Shown: positions 36,999 through 46,185 of the stretch, piece by piece
How positions within the stretch are numbered: the first letter of the stretch is position 1
Layout of the letters: every line of letters starts with the position of its first letter
The notes under the pieces: generated by a model
Seen by the model: only the letters and a program-made list of their open reading frames with translations
Database searches by the model: none
What the model was told of the DNA's origin: nothing
Made by a program: the position numbers and the translations under genes
IMG/VR virus record: IMGVR_UViG_3300028887_000096
Location: 19,562-83,561 of that record
Direction: 5' to 3' (one strand)
DNA from: a virus
Lineage: Duplodnaviria > Heunggongvirae > Uroviricota > Caudoviricetes
Length of the DNA: 64,000 nucleotides

Positions 36999-37462
36999 GC
37001 CTTTGCGGATGTCTCCGGGAGGTCTCCCACGTCACGCAAGTATGTGAGGCGGGAGCAGAACTCCTGGACGGTCAGCACCGTGTGGTGGGTGTCGTGCTTT
37101 CCCACGGAGTGGGTGAGCGTCGCCTTGTTGGTCGCGAGCAGTGCGCTGCGGAACCCGGGGTTCTTGTTCAGCTGGTTGTATGCGCGGTTCAGCAGGATCT
37201 GGTATGCTTCGGAGTCACGCTTGATGGGGATGCCCTTCCAGTAGAGCGTCTGGTCGCGGTACCAGTTCTTGTGCTTGCCCTTGTGCTTTGCCTTGATGCC
37301 CACGAGAGAGCATACGTAGATCTGCATCTCCGGGTTGGAGAACTTGAGCGATTGCAGGAAGCCTTCCATCGAGGCGCACTCCACCCCGTCGAACGTGAAC
37401 GGGTGAGGGGCGAAGTTGCTGAGGGTTCCTGCCGGATATGAATTGTTGCTTCCGATGTCCAT
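36995..37462 (-). CDS. NADAR-domain (YbiA/DUF1768-like) protein
   Basis: LSNFAPHPFTFDGVECASMEGFLQSLKF...WYRDQTLYWKG matches the YbiA/NADAR N-glycosidase fold signature. Promoter motif upstream. Confidence 0.55.
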   Translation of the reverse strand: MDIGSNNSYPAGTLSNFAPHPFTFDGVECASMEGFLQSLKFSNPEMQIYVCSLVGIKAKHKGKHKNWYRDQTLYWKGIPIKRDSEAYQILLNRAYNQLNKNPGFRSALLATNKATLTHSVGKHDTHHTVLTVQEFCSRLTYLRDVGDLPETSAKA

Positions 37463-37486
37463 AGTAGTTTCCTCGTTTGATAACTG

Positions 37487-37520
37487 AAATATAGCAATTT
37501 TCGTTTTTGCTATATTTCAG
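37487..37520. promoter_or_regulatory. Divergent promoter pair, perfect 14-nt inverted repeat CTGAAATATAGCAA / TTGCTATATTTCAG
   Basis: Serves the NADAR gene (minus) and the 37540 gene (plus). Confidence 0.6.
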
Positions 37521-37539
37521 TCAACGAAAGAGGTTACAC

Positions 37540-38589
37540 ATGTCAGAACAATTCCATTTTGCCGGCCTTGACCTGAAAGAAGTGCAGGTCCCCGGCTTCA
37601 CGATGCACACACAGACCAAGCGCACCCGCATGTTCAAGATTGAAAACTTGGACATCCCCAGCTATTCGATTACGGCGCGTGACGCCCTCGGAACGGACGA
37701 CCGCCGCGAGGTTGGCCGTTTCCGCATCTACAATATCTATTTGCTGATTTCTGCGGAAATCGGCGACAACAACAACAATTATTGCTGGACGACCGATAAC
37801 AAGGTCCTGTATGACATCTACGACACATCCGTTTCTGTCGGCGGGCACACTTACCAGGTCAGGTCTCCCCGCATTGGCGACGGCAGTGGCATTCGCGACT
37901 GGAACGCCTCCGTGGACTACGAACAGAAAACCAATTACCATGGATGGTTGCAGACCCACCTCAGTTCCATTCACTGGGCACACGGATTCTTTAACCCGGC
38001 CGCGGGAAGCAAGCGTTTCTTCAATGACGCCCCGCTCGACAAGTGCCTGGAAAACGCGGAAGAAAAACTGAAGATTAGCTACATTCGCGACCAGCTTGAA
38101 CGCAATCTTGGCGAAACGGCACGCGACGTTTTCAACGCCATCGTTTCGTCGATAGAAGAAAAGTATGCCGACCGTTTCGGTTCGTATTTTGACGCAACTA
38201 CCCAGCGCGTGGTGAAATCCGTCACAAACGTGGACTTTGACCGCGACCTGGACATGGTGGGACGCATTACCCTTACTCCGGCAGGCTTTGCCCAGGTATG
38301 CAAGGTATGTGCCGATACCGAACGCAAGGAGCTTTTTGAAAACTGGAAAGCATACTGCACCGAATCGTTCCGCCACCAGATTAAGACGCATGAAAAGATG
38401 AGTTCGGTAAGCATCTACGTTCCGGTCATCCGCCCGTGGTCGTTCGAAGCGTATTGCGCAATCCACGATCGCCAGGCAAAGGAAGATTTTTCCGCGGCGG
38501 AAGAAATCGCAAAACAGCTTGCCAAGGACACCGGGAAGGAGTTTAACGACGATCCGGTCCTCTATTCAACAGGGTACACCAATGACTAA
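37540..38589 (+). CDS. Hypothetical protein
   Basis: Promoter motif at 37505-37520. Start at MSEQFHF. Confidence 0.6.
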   Translation: MSEQFHFAGLDLKEVQVPGFTMHTQTKRTRMFKIENLDIPSYSITARDALGTDDRREVGRFRIYNIYLLISAEIGDNNNNYCWTTDNKVLYDIYDTSVSVGGHTYQVRSPRIGDGSGIRDWNASVDYEQKTNYHGWLQTHLSSIHWAHGFFNPAAGSKRFFNDAPLDKCLENAEEKLKISYIRDQLERNLGETARDVFNAIVSSIEEKYADRFGSYFDATTQRVVKSVTNVDFDRDLDMVGRITLTPAGFAQVCKVCADTERKELFENWKAYCTESFRHQIKTHEKMSSVSIYVPVIRPWSFEAYCAIHDRQAKEDFSAAEEIAKQLAKDTGKEFNDDPVLYSTGYTND

Positions 38590-39076
38590 CGAAGAAAACA
38601 AAGACAGAGAAATCACGCCCGGCAGCACCTGGGCGCACTTCAAGGGCGCCACTTCCCAGGTGATTACCGTCGCCAAGCACTCCGAGACAGGCGAGGAACT
38701 CGTCATCTACAAGTGCATGGGCAACGCGGGGAAGACCAACCACAAGGACGGCATCTACGCCCGACCGAAGGAAATGTTCCTTTCCGAGGTTGACCGTGCG
38801 GCCTACCCGGAAGCTACCGCGAAATACCGCTTCACCAAGATTAGCGACGGCCCGGCGCCGCATCTCTATCTGGTGAATACGCGCATCCGTGCGGTGAACC
38901 CGGACCATGAAGGTTCGATCCCGACGAAGGACGGGCTGCCCTATCGGCTGAAAAGCAACAAGACCGGCGCTGCCCTGTACGACGACCTCTGCTGCCAGGT
39001 GCATGAACAGTCGAACGACAGCGCCCTGACTGTCACGGATGTTATCGGGTTTACCGACCTCGGACCCGCCGATTAG
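38582..39076 (+). CDS. Hypothetical protein (DUF1653-like)
   Basis: [27 protein letters not shown] pattern. ATGA overlap. Confidence 0.5.
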   Translation: MTNEENKDREITPGSTWAHFKGATSQVITVAKHSETGEELVIYKCMGNAGKTNHKDGIYARPKEMFLSEVDRAAYPEATAKYRFTKISDGPAPHLYLVNTRIRAVNPDHEGSIPTKDGLPYRLKSNKTGAALYDDLCCQVHEQSNDSALTVTDVIGFTDLGPAD

Positions 39077-39121
39077 CGTAAATCGGCAGATTTTTCCAGG
39101 AACCCACCGCATACGGTGGGT

Positions 39122-39136
39122 TTTGCTATATTTCAG
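39122..39136 (+). promoter_or_regulatory. Promoter motif TTTGCTATATTTCAG
   Basis: Upstream of the 39151 ATG. Confidence 0.55.
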
Positions 39137-39150
39137 GCAGAGGTAAAAAT

Positions 39151-39669
39151 ATGTCAAACGAAAATGAAACCGTTGTTGTCCCGCTCTCCAAGATGCTCGT
39201 AACCGAAAAGAAGCCGTATGAAGGCGAACTACAACCACCGCCGTTCGCTTCCGACTGGCCGTTCCTCCCGAGCGAAATCCCGGGAGTCGACGTTTCCAAC
39301 GCATCGACGGATATTACTCCCGAAATGGACATCAAGGCTCTCGCCATGGCCGCACTCCGTATCCAGCGCGATGCGAAGCGCTATGCCGCGATCAATACCA
39401 ACAAGGGCACCGGCACCTATTCGTCGAAGCTCCTTGCCAAGAACATCGCGTGCGCCATCAAGGCGGCAATCAACGCCAGTTACGTCGGCAAGAACCTCGG
39501 CGACACTCTCGGCGACGCGTATTACCTGGAGAACGTCCGTAACTCCTATGTCGACCCGGGCTGCCTTTCCAAGGACGAACGTGTTGCCAAGGCAATCGAG
39601 CAGGCCAGGGGTCTCCGTCTCCGTTTCATCGAAGAAATTATCGAAGCCGGCAGCAAAGGCAGAATGTAA
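39151..39669 (+). CDS. Hypothetical protein
   Basis: Promoter motif at 39122-39136. Confidence 0.6.
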   Translation: MSNENETVVVPLSKMLVTEKKPYEGELQPPPFASDWPFLPSEIPGVDVSNASTDITPEMDIKALAMAALRIQRDAKRYAAINTNKGTGTYSSKLLAKNIACAIKAAINASYVGKNLGDTLGDAYYLENVRNSYVDPGCLSKDERVAKAIEQARGLRLRFIEEIIEAGSKGRM

Positions 39670-41690
39670 TGTCCAAGAACCGTAATTTACGCGAGGCGAA
39701 GACTGCCAAGAACGACGAGTTCTACACCAGTTACAGCGACGTCTCCCACGAGATGAAGGCGCTGTTCGAACGCGACCCCGGCTTCTTCGCCAACCGCACC
39801 GTCCTGTGTCCGTGCAACGACCTTGAACACCCGGGGTTCCGCGACTTCTTCATCGACAACTTCCAGGGACTGGGCCTCCGCAGGCTCACCTGTACCAGCT
39901 ATGTCCCTGGCCATCGCGGCCACGCGGAGACGGTTTCTCTCGGACGGGACGGCAATATTAAGGTTGCCCGATGGGTGCTGGATGGAGACGGGGACTTCCG
40001 TTCCCCGGAAATCACGAAGTTCATGCAGCATTCCGACCTGGTCGTGACCAACCCCCCTTTCAGCTGTTTCTCTTCAGATACCGAGGTGCTCACCGACGGA
40101 GGCTGGAAGCTGTTTACCGCCGTCAAGCCGGGCGACCTCGTCCTCAGCATGGACCCGGCAACCCGCAAGGTCGAATACGCCCGCATCGTTCGTTTCTACG
40201 ACACCCCGTACAAGGGCGAGCTGTTCCACTTCAAGAAGTCCGGCATGGACCTCATGGTGACCGGAAACCACCGCATGATCTGCAACGAGCGCAAGGACCT
40301 GTTCTGCCGCGCTGACGAGGTGGTCCCCCACTACCACTCGGTGCCTATCCGCGGGCTGGAATACGACTGGAGCGGCATCCACGAGGAGTTCTTCACGCTC
40401 CCGAGCGTCATGCAGAACGAACGCTACACCCACAAGGACATCACCGTCCCGGAAAAGAAAATCCCGATGGGCGACTGGCTGGAGTTCCTCGGGTTCTGGC
40501 TTGCCGACGGCTGCGTCCGCTTCGGCAACAACGTGAACGGCAATCCCCGCTACACGATCAGCATCAAGCAGAACGAGGACAACGAGAAGTACGTCATCGA
40601 CCTTTACGCCAAGATCGGCTTTCCGTGCAAGGTGGAACGGTCCAGCAAGACCAGGAACCACAACTACACCGTGTACAGCAAGCAGCTGTGGACCTACCTC
40701 GCGAAGTTCGGCAAGGGCATCGAGAAGAAGTTCCCGACGGAAGTCCTCTACATGGAACCGGCCTACATGGCCCGCTTCCTCGACGGCTACATGAAGGGCA
40801 ACTCCCATCTCTCTCACATCGGCGGGAAGGTGAGCCAGGCAATCGGCAGTACCGCCCCGAAGCTGTGCGAGGGCCTGCAGGAGCTCATCCTGAAAGTGCG
40901 CGGCGTGCTCGTGCAGTTCATCCAGCGCAAGTCCAAGGGAAACCCCTACTGGATGGCGAACTGGGCAATCGAGACCAAGAAGCGCAACACGGACTACCCG
41001 GTGCCGGAGAAGGTCCAGTATGACGGGACCGTGCACTGCCTGGAACTCGACCGCAACCATACCATGCTCGTCCGCAGGAACGGCCTGGCGACCTGGTGCG
41101 GGAACTGCTTCCGGGACTTCGTGGACTGGGTCGACGGCGCCGACAGGGACTTCTATGTCATCGGCAACAAGAACTGCGTCAACTACAACGAGGTGTTCCG
41201 CAAGCTGCGCTCCGGCAGGATCCAGCTCGGCATCACCTCCCCGGACGAGTTCGGGACGCCGGACGGCGAGACCGAGAAGGTCACCGGCCTTTGTCGGTGG
41301 TACACGAACATGTTCGTCCCCCGGACGGAAGACGAGCGAGGCATCTGTCTGCGGGCCACCTACGACCCGGCGAAATACCCCAAGTTCGAGAACTTCGACG
41401 CGATCAACGTCGACAGGGTTTCCGACATCCCGAAGGACTACTACGGGGTGATGGGCGTCCCGATTACGTTCTTCGACCATTTCGACCCGAAGCAGTTCGA
41501 GGTCCTTGGCCGGAGCGGGGACACCGCGTGGGTATTCGGCGAGTGCGAGTTCTTTACGCCCCCGCCGGAGGAACGGCAGAAGGCGTACAAGGCCTACTAC
41601 AAGAACTGGCGGGTGCAGAACAGCTACCTGCTCGACGAGAACGGGATGCCGAAGTGCATCTATTACAGAGTTTTCATAAGGAGAAGATGA
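39669..41690 (+). CDS. N6-adenine DNA methyltransferase interrupted by an intein
   Basis: N-extein ends ...DLVVTNPPFS (motif IV). The intein runs from CFSSDTEVLTDGGW to ...NGLATWCGN. The C-extein resumes at CFRDF. Confidence 0.7.
   Translation: MSKNRNLREAKTAKNDEFYTSYSDVSHEMKALFERDPGFFANRTVLCPCNDLEHPGFRDFFIDNFQGLGLRRLTCTSYVPGHRGHAETVSLGRDGNIKVARWVLDGDGDFRSPEITKFMQHSDLVVTNPPFSCFSSDTEVLTDGGWKLFTAVKPGDLVLSMDPATRKVEYARIVRFYDTPYKGELFHFKKSGMDLMVTGNHRMICNERKDLFCRADEVVPHYHSVPIRGLEYDWSGIHEEFFTLPSVMQNERYTHKDITVPEKKIPMGDWLEFLGFWLADGCVRFGNNVNGNPRYTISIKQNEDNEKYVIDLYAKIGFPCKVERSSKTRNHNYTVYSKQLWTYLAKFGKGIEKKFPTEVLYMEPAYMARFLDGYMKGNSHLSHIGGKVSQAIGSTAPKLCEGLQELILKVRGVLVQFIQRKSKGNPYWMANWAIETKKRNTDYPVPEKVQYDGTVHCLELDRNHTMLVRRNGLATWCGNCFRDFVDWVDGADRDFYVIGNKNCVNYNEVFRKLRSGRIQLGITSPDEFGTPDGETEKVTGLCRWYTNMFVPRTEDERGICLRATYDPAKYPKFENFDAINVDRVSDIPKDYYGVMGVPITFFDHFDPKQFEVLGRSGDTAWVFGECEFFTPPPEERQKAYKAYYKNWRVQNSYLLDENGMPKCIYYRVFIRRR
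40065..41105 (+). mobile_element. LAGLIDADG-type intein (about 347 aa) inside the methyltransferase
   Basis: Hint block A C-x-x-x-T-x-V-L-T-x-x-G. Two LAGLIDADG-like motifs (EFLGFWLADGCV, ARFLDGYMKGNSH). C-terminal VHCLELDRNHTMLV...N followed by a +1 Cys. Confidence 0.65.
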
Positions 41691-42274
41691 TGAGCGAATA
41701 CGCATCAATCAGTGAACTTCGCGAACGTCTGGCAAAGCTGCCGAAAATCAACTCGGAAGCCTTCATCCAGGCATGCCGCGAACGCGGCCCCATTGCCCCG
41801 TTCGACTTGGAGAACGCGGTGAAGAACAAGATCAAGGAATCCACCGTGTACTACATCTATGTCGGTGCCGGCGGAAAGTTCAGGTTCAAGCCCTACACGC
41901 TCAAGCGTGACGAACCGACCTTGAAGTGCGCGAAGAACTGGGCGGACAACCACTGCTTCGACCGCCGCTTCTACCAGGACGAGGAAGAAGCCCGCGCGAT
42001 GTGCGCCTTCCTCAACGGCAACTGCCCGGACGCGGAAATCGTCCGCACCCGCATCGAGAACACCGTGGGTGCGGCGATGAGCTGGGGGACCGACAACAAG
42101 ATCGGTGAAATTGACTACGCGACCACCGTTTTGCGCGAAATCTCCAACATCCCCGGGCTCCACCCGGACCTTGTCCGCGCGGCAATCTATGCGGAAAATT
42201 TCCTCACTTCCTATCGCGCATACCACGAACAGATGGAGACTGTCGCGAGGGAGGATGAACACGATGTCTGCTGA
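41687..42274 (+). CDS. Hypothetical protein
   Basis: Start overlaps the methyltransferase stop. Confidence 0.55.
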   Translation: MMSEYASISELRERLAKLPKINSEAFIQACRERGPIAPFDLENAVKNKIKESTVYYIYVGAGGKFRFKPYTLKRDEPTLKCAKNWADNHCFDRRFYQDEEEARAMCAFLNGNCPDAEIVRTRIENTVGAAMSWGTDNKIGEIDYATTVLREISNIPGLHPDLVRAAIYAENFLTSYRAYHEQMETVAREDEHDVC

Positions 42275-42434
42275 ACTCAGTAAGGCCCTCCACGAGTTCG
42301 AGGTCGATTGGTTCGGGTCCCACGGGACCTGTAACGACGCCAACGCCGAGGGCGGATATACGCCGGAATACTATTCCGCAAGGTTCTGGTACTTGAAGGA
42401 ACGCGGTCTGGAGCTTCCCGATGAAAAGGATTGA
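42267..42434 (+). CDS. Small hypothetical protein (55 aa)
   Basis: Overlapping start. Protein-like composition. Confidence 0.35.
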   Translation, partial: SAELSKALHEFEVDWFGSHGTCNDANAEGGYTPEYYSARFWYLKERGLELPDEKD

Positions 42435-42717
42435 CCTCGCCGTTGACCGGGTCGTCTCGATATTCGGCCCTCCGCTGGATTTTGTGACCAGCATCGCCCT
42501 TCTGTTTCCGACGCTGGCCACGGTTATCGCCCTGTGCGTATGGCCGTTGCTCCTGTGCATATACGGAAACTGCAACGGATGGTTCCCTCCCGGGTTCGCC
42601 TACCTGGTTGTCGGCATCCCGTCCACCGTCCTGTGGGTCGCCATCGTGTTCGCCGTCGTCATGCGGATCGGCGGACATCGAGAAAAGCCGGGTGACGGCG
42701 TGGAACCTGGCATCTAA
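42421..42717 (+). CDS. Hypothetical membrane protein
   Basis: Two hydrophobic segments. Confidence 0.5.
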   Translation: MKRIDLAVDRVVSIFGPPLDFVTSIALLFPTLATVIALCVWPLLLCIYGNCNGWFPPGFAYLVVGIPSTVLWVAIVFAVVMRIGGHREKPGDGVEPGI

Positions 42718-42746
42718 TTTTGTATTTTTCCTGCAAGGAGATTGCT

Positions 42747-43322
42747 ATGAGCAACAAGAAACAAGAAACATCTGGAATGTCGTTGGCCGCGGATCTGTCC
42801 CGCAGGGAATTTTCCAACTGCGTCGGGGACTTTTCCGACTTCATGCGCCATACCTTCAAGAGCCTGGACATCGAGTTCGTGGCGACTACGCGCGACCGCG
42901 GTGTGCTCAACGAGCTCTGCCTGGTCTTCGGCCAGTCCTGGCCGGACAACTTCCGCGGGGTCACGTTCTCCTCGGTCAAGGCGAGAGATTTCGAGAAGCT
43001 GTGCAACAAGGGGCTTACCGGGGACGGCAGCACCAAGCGCGTCCACTATGAATGGTCCCCGTCCGATCTCGAAAAATGCAGGTTCCTGACCGCGGACATC
43101 ACTTCGCTGTATTTCAATTCCGGGAAGCTCGACCGCCACAATACCTACGGTTCCGTCACCGGTCTCGGGGCGCTCCTCACCTATGCGACGGACTTCAAGA
43201 ACGCCGTGTTCCTCTCGAACATCGCCGCCACCTATATCCGTGCCGCGGATGGCCTGCGGAAGGCCTCCAACGGAGAAACGCCAGTCGTCGAAGTAGAGGA
43301 CAAGAATGCTAAGGTCTCCTGA
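42747..43322 (+). CDS. Hypothetical protein
   Basis: AGGAG RBS. Start at MSNKKQ. Confidence 0.55.
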   Translation: MSNKKQETSGMSLAADLSRREFSNCVGDFSDFMRHTFKSLDIEFVATTRDRGVLNELCLVFGQSWPDNFRGVTFSSVKARDFEKLCNKGLTGDGSTKRVHYEWSPSDLEKCRFLTADITSLYFNSGKLDRHNTYGSVTGLGALLTYATDFKNAVFLSNIAATYIRAADGLRKASNGETPVVEVEDKNAKVS

Positions 43323-43623
43323 CGAAGCCAAGGTCGAGCGCAAGTTCCGCGGGCGGTGCGTGATGCAGATCGACAAGAAGCACCGCATCGTCTGTAACAA
43401 GCTGTTGATGAACGCCTATCCCCAGTGGAAGGGTCGGTTCTTCTGGCACCGGTACAAGTCCTACTCGATAGATACGGCAATGGGTTCGCTCATCCTGTAT
43501 TCCGTGTTCCAGGACCCGGTGTTCTTCCTCCTGTATGCGGATGCGCTCACGTTTATCCACGCGGCCATCGAGCAGGAGAAGAAAGGCAAGAAGATTGGGG
43601 AATACTACTACGAGGAGATATAG
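43306..43623 (+). CDS. Hypothetical protein
   Basis: Overlapping start. A terminator follows. Confidence 0.5.
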   Translation: MLRSPDEAKVERKFRGRCVMQIDKKHRIVCNKLLMNAYPQWKGRFFWHRYKSYSIDTAMGSLILYSVFQDPVFFLLYADALTFIHAAIEQEKKGKKIGEYYYEEI

Positions 43624-43637
43624 GTTCCCGAAAATAC

Positions 43638-43673
43638 AAAAAAGACGCGGTCGCCCGCGTCTTTTCTGTTTTC
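43638..43673. terminator. Bidirectional rho-independent terminator
   Basis: GACGCGG-TCGC-CCGCGTC flanked by A- and T-runs. Confidence 0.7.
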
Positions 43674-43680
43674 ATGAAGG

Positions 43681-44157
43681 TTAAAGTTTCGAGATGAACT
43701 GGAGCAGCTCCATCTTCATGCCCATCAGCATGTGCTCCGGGATTTCCGCGTGCCCGAACCCGCCCCAGGCCATGTCCTGGGACATCTCGATGAAGCGGTG
43801 CAGCTTTTCCGGGATGACCTTGTTGATGATGCCGGCGAGCAGCTTGCAGCGCTCCTCGGTCGTCTTGCTGCCGGTATATTTGAGGTTGACCAGGTCGCAG
43901 CACAGGCCGGTCCTGGCATAGTCCAGCGGGGTATAGTTGCCGTCCGGCGGTGTTGCATGCTGTCCCGACCTCAGCAGGTTGCCTTCGAGGGTGAGCCCGT
44001 ATTGCTTGAGGCGGTCCGGTTCGTTTTTGGCCAGGCGTTCGAGAATATCCAGTTCCCTCGGATCCTCGATTATGATGTTCGCCTTTCCGACGATGCGGGT
44101 TAAAATGCCGTCGAACATGATGTTCTCGTTGTAGTCCAGTTCGCTGCGTTCGCTCAT
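43681..44157 (-). CDS. Hypothetical protein
   Basis: My own translation (MSERSELDYNEN...). The ORF-track N-terminal extension is rejected. ATGA overlap with the upstream gene. Confidence 0.55.
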   Translation of the reverse strand: MSERSELDYNENIMFDGILTRIVGKANIIIEDPRELDILERLAKNEPDRLKQYGLTLEGNLLRSGQHATPPDGNYTPLDYARTGLCCDLVNLKYTGSKTTEERCKLLAGIINKVIPEKLHRFIEMSQDMAWGGFGHAEIPEHMLMGMKMELLQFISKL

Positions 44158-44540
44158 TTTGGTTTCTCCAGGTTGAGTTCCTTGCACCACTCTTTGCCGA
44201 ACCAGTCGGCCACCAGGTGCCTGTGACAGAAGTCCCCCGGCTTCTCGTAGCACAGGAGGACTATCTTCGAATGGGGGACTTTGGTGAGGGCTTCGAGTTC
44301 CCTGATGGCGACGCCGCGCTGGCAAATCGGCATCAGGACTTCCTCGTTGAAGCGCTCGATGTAATACTTGTTGTCGCCCTTGTGGCTGCCGTATTTCCAC
44401 TCCTTGAAGAAACCTTTCTTCGGGGCGAGCTTCGGGTAGCGGAAGCCGCTGAACCACGCGGGCGTGTACAGGGCGATTGACACCGGGGTGTAGCCGAGCG
44501 CGATATAGCGGCTGGTCCTGTCGAAATATCCCGTGAACAT
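44154..44540 (-). CDS. DUF488-family protein
   Basis: My own translation. IVLLCYEKPGDFCHRHLVADWF matches the DUF488 conserved core. Confidence 0.55.
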   Translation of the reverse strand: MFTGYFDRTSRYIALGYTPVSIALYTPAWFSGFRYPKLAPKKGFFKEWKYGSHKGDNKYYIERFNEEVLMPICQRGVAIRELEALTKVPHSKIVLLCYEKPGDFCHRHLVADWFGKEWCKELNLEKPK

Positions 44541-44542
44541 GT

Positions 44543-44995
44543 TTACCCAAGCGCTTGCGGGGCGCATGCCGCGTTGCGGCGGGCGTTGTCTTCGTGTATG
44601 CCGCGTTCGATTTCTTCGCGGGCCCCGTAGTTGATGAGGTTCTGGAAGAACAGGCCTGCCGCGACAAGGAAGCGGAGACGGCGGTCGTAGAACGTTCCGT
44701 CGTCGCTGACTTCGACGAACTTGTTGACGATGTGCTTTTCGGCAAGTTCGGCCTTGACCATCGCCGTGGCCTTCTTTGCGTAGAAGTGCAGGAACCATGC
44801 GCGTTGCAGGGCGTCTCTGTCCACGATGTCCGTCTTGATAGGGTGTTGCTTGATCGCCTCGTCGGCTTCGTTGGAGGCGTCTACGTATGTCTGGCAGGGA
44901 GCCGGTTCCGAGTAGCTGTCCTCGAAATAGCTGACTATTTCGGAGATGTTGTTCTCGGCCTTGCGCATTTCTTCGATAAGTTCTTTGTTTTCCAT
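44543..44995 (-). CDS. Hypothetical protein
   Basis: Promoter motif (minus orientation) immediately upstream. Confidence 0.6.
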   Translation of the reverse strand: MENKELIEEMRKAENNISEIVSYFEDSYSEPAPCQTYVDASNEADEAIKQHPIKTDIVDRDALQRAWFLHFYAKKATAMVKAELAEKHIVNKFVEVSDDGTFYDRRLRFLVAAGLFFQNLINYGAREEIERGIHEDNARRNAACAPQALG

Positions 44996-44999
44996 GACT

Positions 45000-45060
45000 G
45001 AAATATAGCAAACTGGCCAGCCGGCGTGTTCCGACCGAAATATGGTAGATTTGCTATATT
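45000..45060. promoter_or_regulatory. Divergent promoter pair (15-nt inverted-repeat arms, 36-nt spacer)
   Basis: Serves the minus gene starting at 44995 and the plus gene at 45079. Confidence 0.6.
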
Positions 45061-45078
45061 TCAGTAAAAGGAGTTATC

Positions 45079-45273
45079 ATGAAAGGATCCGAACTTGTTG
45101 CCGAGATACAGGAACTGATTAAGAAGCATGGCGATTTCGACGTCGCCAGGGCCGTGCGCGAGGAAGGTGCGCTGTATGATACGTTCGAGCCCATCAGCGG
45201 TGTGGACGTAGGACAGGAATATAACGCCTACCGCGGGGAGAATGTGGGCCCGAAATACATCGTAATCGGTTAG
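45079..45273 (+). CDS. Hypothetical small protein
   Basis: Promoter motif at 45045-45060. AGGAG RBS. Confidence 0.5.
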   Translation: MKGSELVAEIQELIKKHGDFDVARAVREEGALYDTFEPISGVDVGQEYNAYRGENVGPKYIVIG

Positions 45274-45525
45274 TTTCTTACGTGGAGCTTACAGAAAACT
45301 TATTTAATTCTTATTTCTTCAAAAAGCGGTCAAAAACCCTTTACAGCCGGAAATAAATTTGCTAAACTTATAGTCACAAGGAATACTTATGAACCAGAGA
45401 ATTACGACAATCATTACGAAGAAGCCCACCGGCTGGATGAAACCAGGCCGCGGTTTCGATGGTATTGATGGAATGATTCAATGTGTTCACCGGTAGTCCA
45501 AGTACCCAGTTTTCTGCAGAAGAAA

Positions 45526-45560
45526 GGGGTCCCGGTGAAAACACCGGGACCCCTTCTGCA
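45526..45560 (+). terminator. Strong rho-independent terminator
   Basis: GGGGTCCCGGTG-AAAA-CACCGGGACCCC followed by TTCTGCATTC. Confidence 0.65.
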
Positions 45561-45656
45561 TTCGCTGGTAAGCGCCGGGAGCCGTCGGACGGACAACTCG
45601 AGTAAGGTCGCCCGCTCCTCCCGGCGCCGGGACAGTCAGCACATGTCCCACCCCCT

Positions 45657-45728
45657 AGCCCTCGGGTGTGACTGGTAGCATCGCAGACTCCAAATCTGCA
45701 GGATGGCGTTCGAAGCGTCAGGGGGCTG
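45657..45728 (+). tRNA. tRNA-Trp(CCA)
   Basis: Acceptor AGCCCTC/GGGGGCT, anticodon arm GCAGA-CTCCAAA-TCTGC, T-arm TGGCGTTCGAAGCGTCA. Confidence 0.6.
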
Positions 45729-45732
45729 TTAC

Positions 45733-45805
45733 GCATCTGTAGCTCAGTTGGTAGAGCGCATCCTTGCCATGGATGAGGTCACCGGATCGAAGCCGGCCAG
45801 ATGCT
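45733..45805 (+). tRNA. tRNA-Gly(GCC)
   Basis: D-arm GCTCAGTTGGTAGAGC, loop TTGCCAT. Confidence 0.75.
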
Positions 45806-45814
45806 CGAAATTAC

Positions 45815-45885
45815 GCGCCTATGGTGTATTGGCTGCATCGCTGCCTTCCAAGCAGCGGGATCCGTTTCGACTACGGATAGGCGCT
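45815..45885 (+). tRNA. tRNA-Gly(TCC)
   Basis: Acceptor GCGCCTA/TAGGCGC, loop CTTCCAA. Confidence 0.75.
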
Positions 45886-45892
45886 TTAAAAT

Positions 45893-45963
45893 GCTTCTAT
45901 ATGCTAATGGTAGACGAGCGGACTCTTAATCCGTGGGTTCTGGTTCGAGTCCAGATAGGAGCA
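45893..45963 (+). tRNA. tRNA-Lys(CTT), isotype tentative
   Basis: Loop CTCTTAA, T-arm TCTGGTTCGAGTCCAGA. Confidence 0.55.
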
Positions 45964-45970
45964 CTAACAT

Positions 45971-46043
45971 TCCGGCGTAGCTCAGTTGGTAGAGCGGCCC
46001 CTTCATACGGGGTTGGTCGCAGGTTCGAGCCCTGCCACCGGGA
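45971..46043 (+). tRNA. tRNA-Met(CAT)
   Basis: D-arm GCTCAGTTGGTAGAGC, loop TTCATAC, T-arm GCAGGTTCGAGCCCTGC. Confidence 0.7.
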
Positions 46044-46057
46044 CTAACAATCAACTT

Positions 46058-46131
46058 CGATGCGTGGTGTAATTGGTTAGCACGCCGCTCTGATAAGGCG
46101 GTAGTTGTTGGTTCGAGTCCAGCCGTATCGA
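46058..46131 (+). tRNA. tRNA-Ile(GAT)
   Basis: Loop CTGATAA, T-arm GTTGGTTCGAGTCCAGC. Confidence 0.65.
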
Positions 46132-46185
46132 CTAAGGAGTAAGAATATGAACAGACGAAAACGTAATACCTCGCGAATTTGATTC

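Noticed and set aside
40074-41708. 544-aa minus-strand ORF opposite the intein-containing methyltransferase
   Set aside because: Arg/Val/Gly-rich shadow ORF.
43681-45011. Long ORF-track entries 43681..44745(-) and 44154..45011(-)
   Set aside because: Their N-terminal two-thirds are Ser/Thr/Arg-rich artefacts. Only the C-terminal portions (43681-44157 and 44154-44540) read as real proteins, and they are annotated separately.
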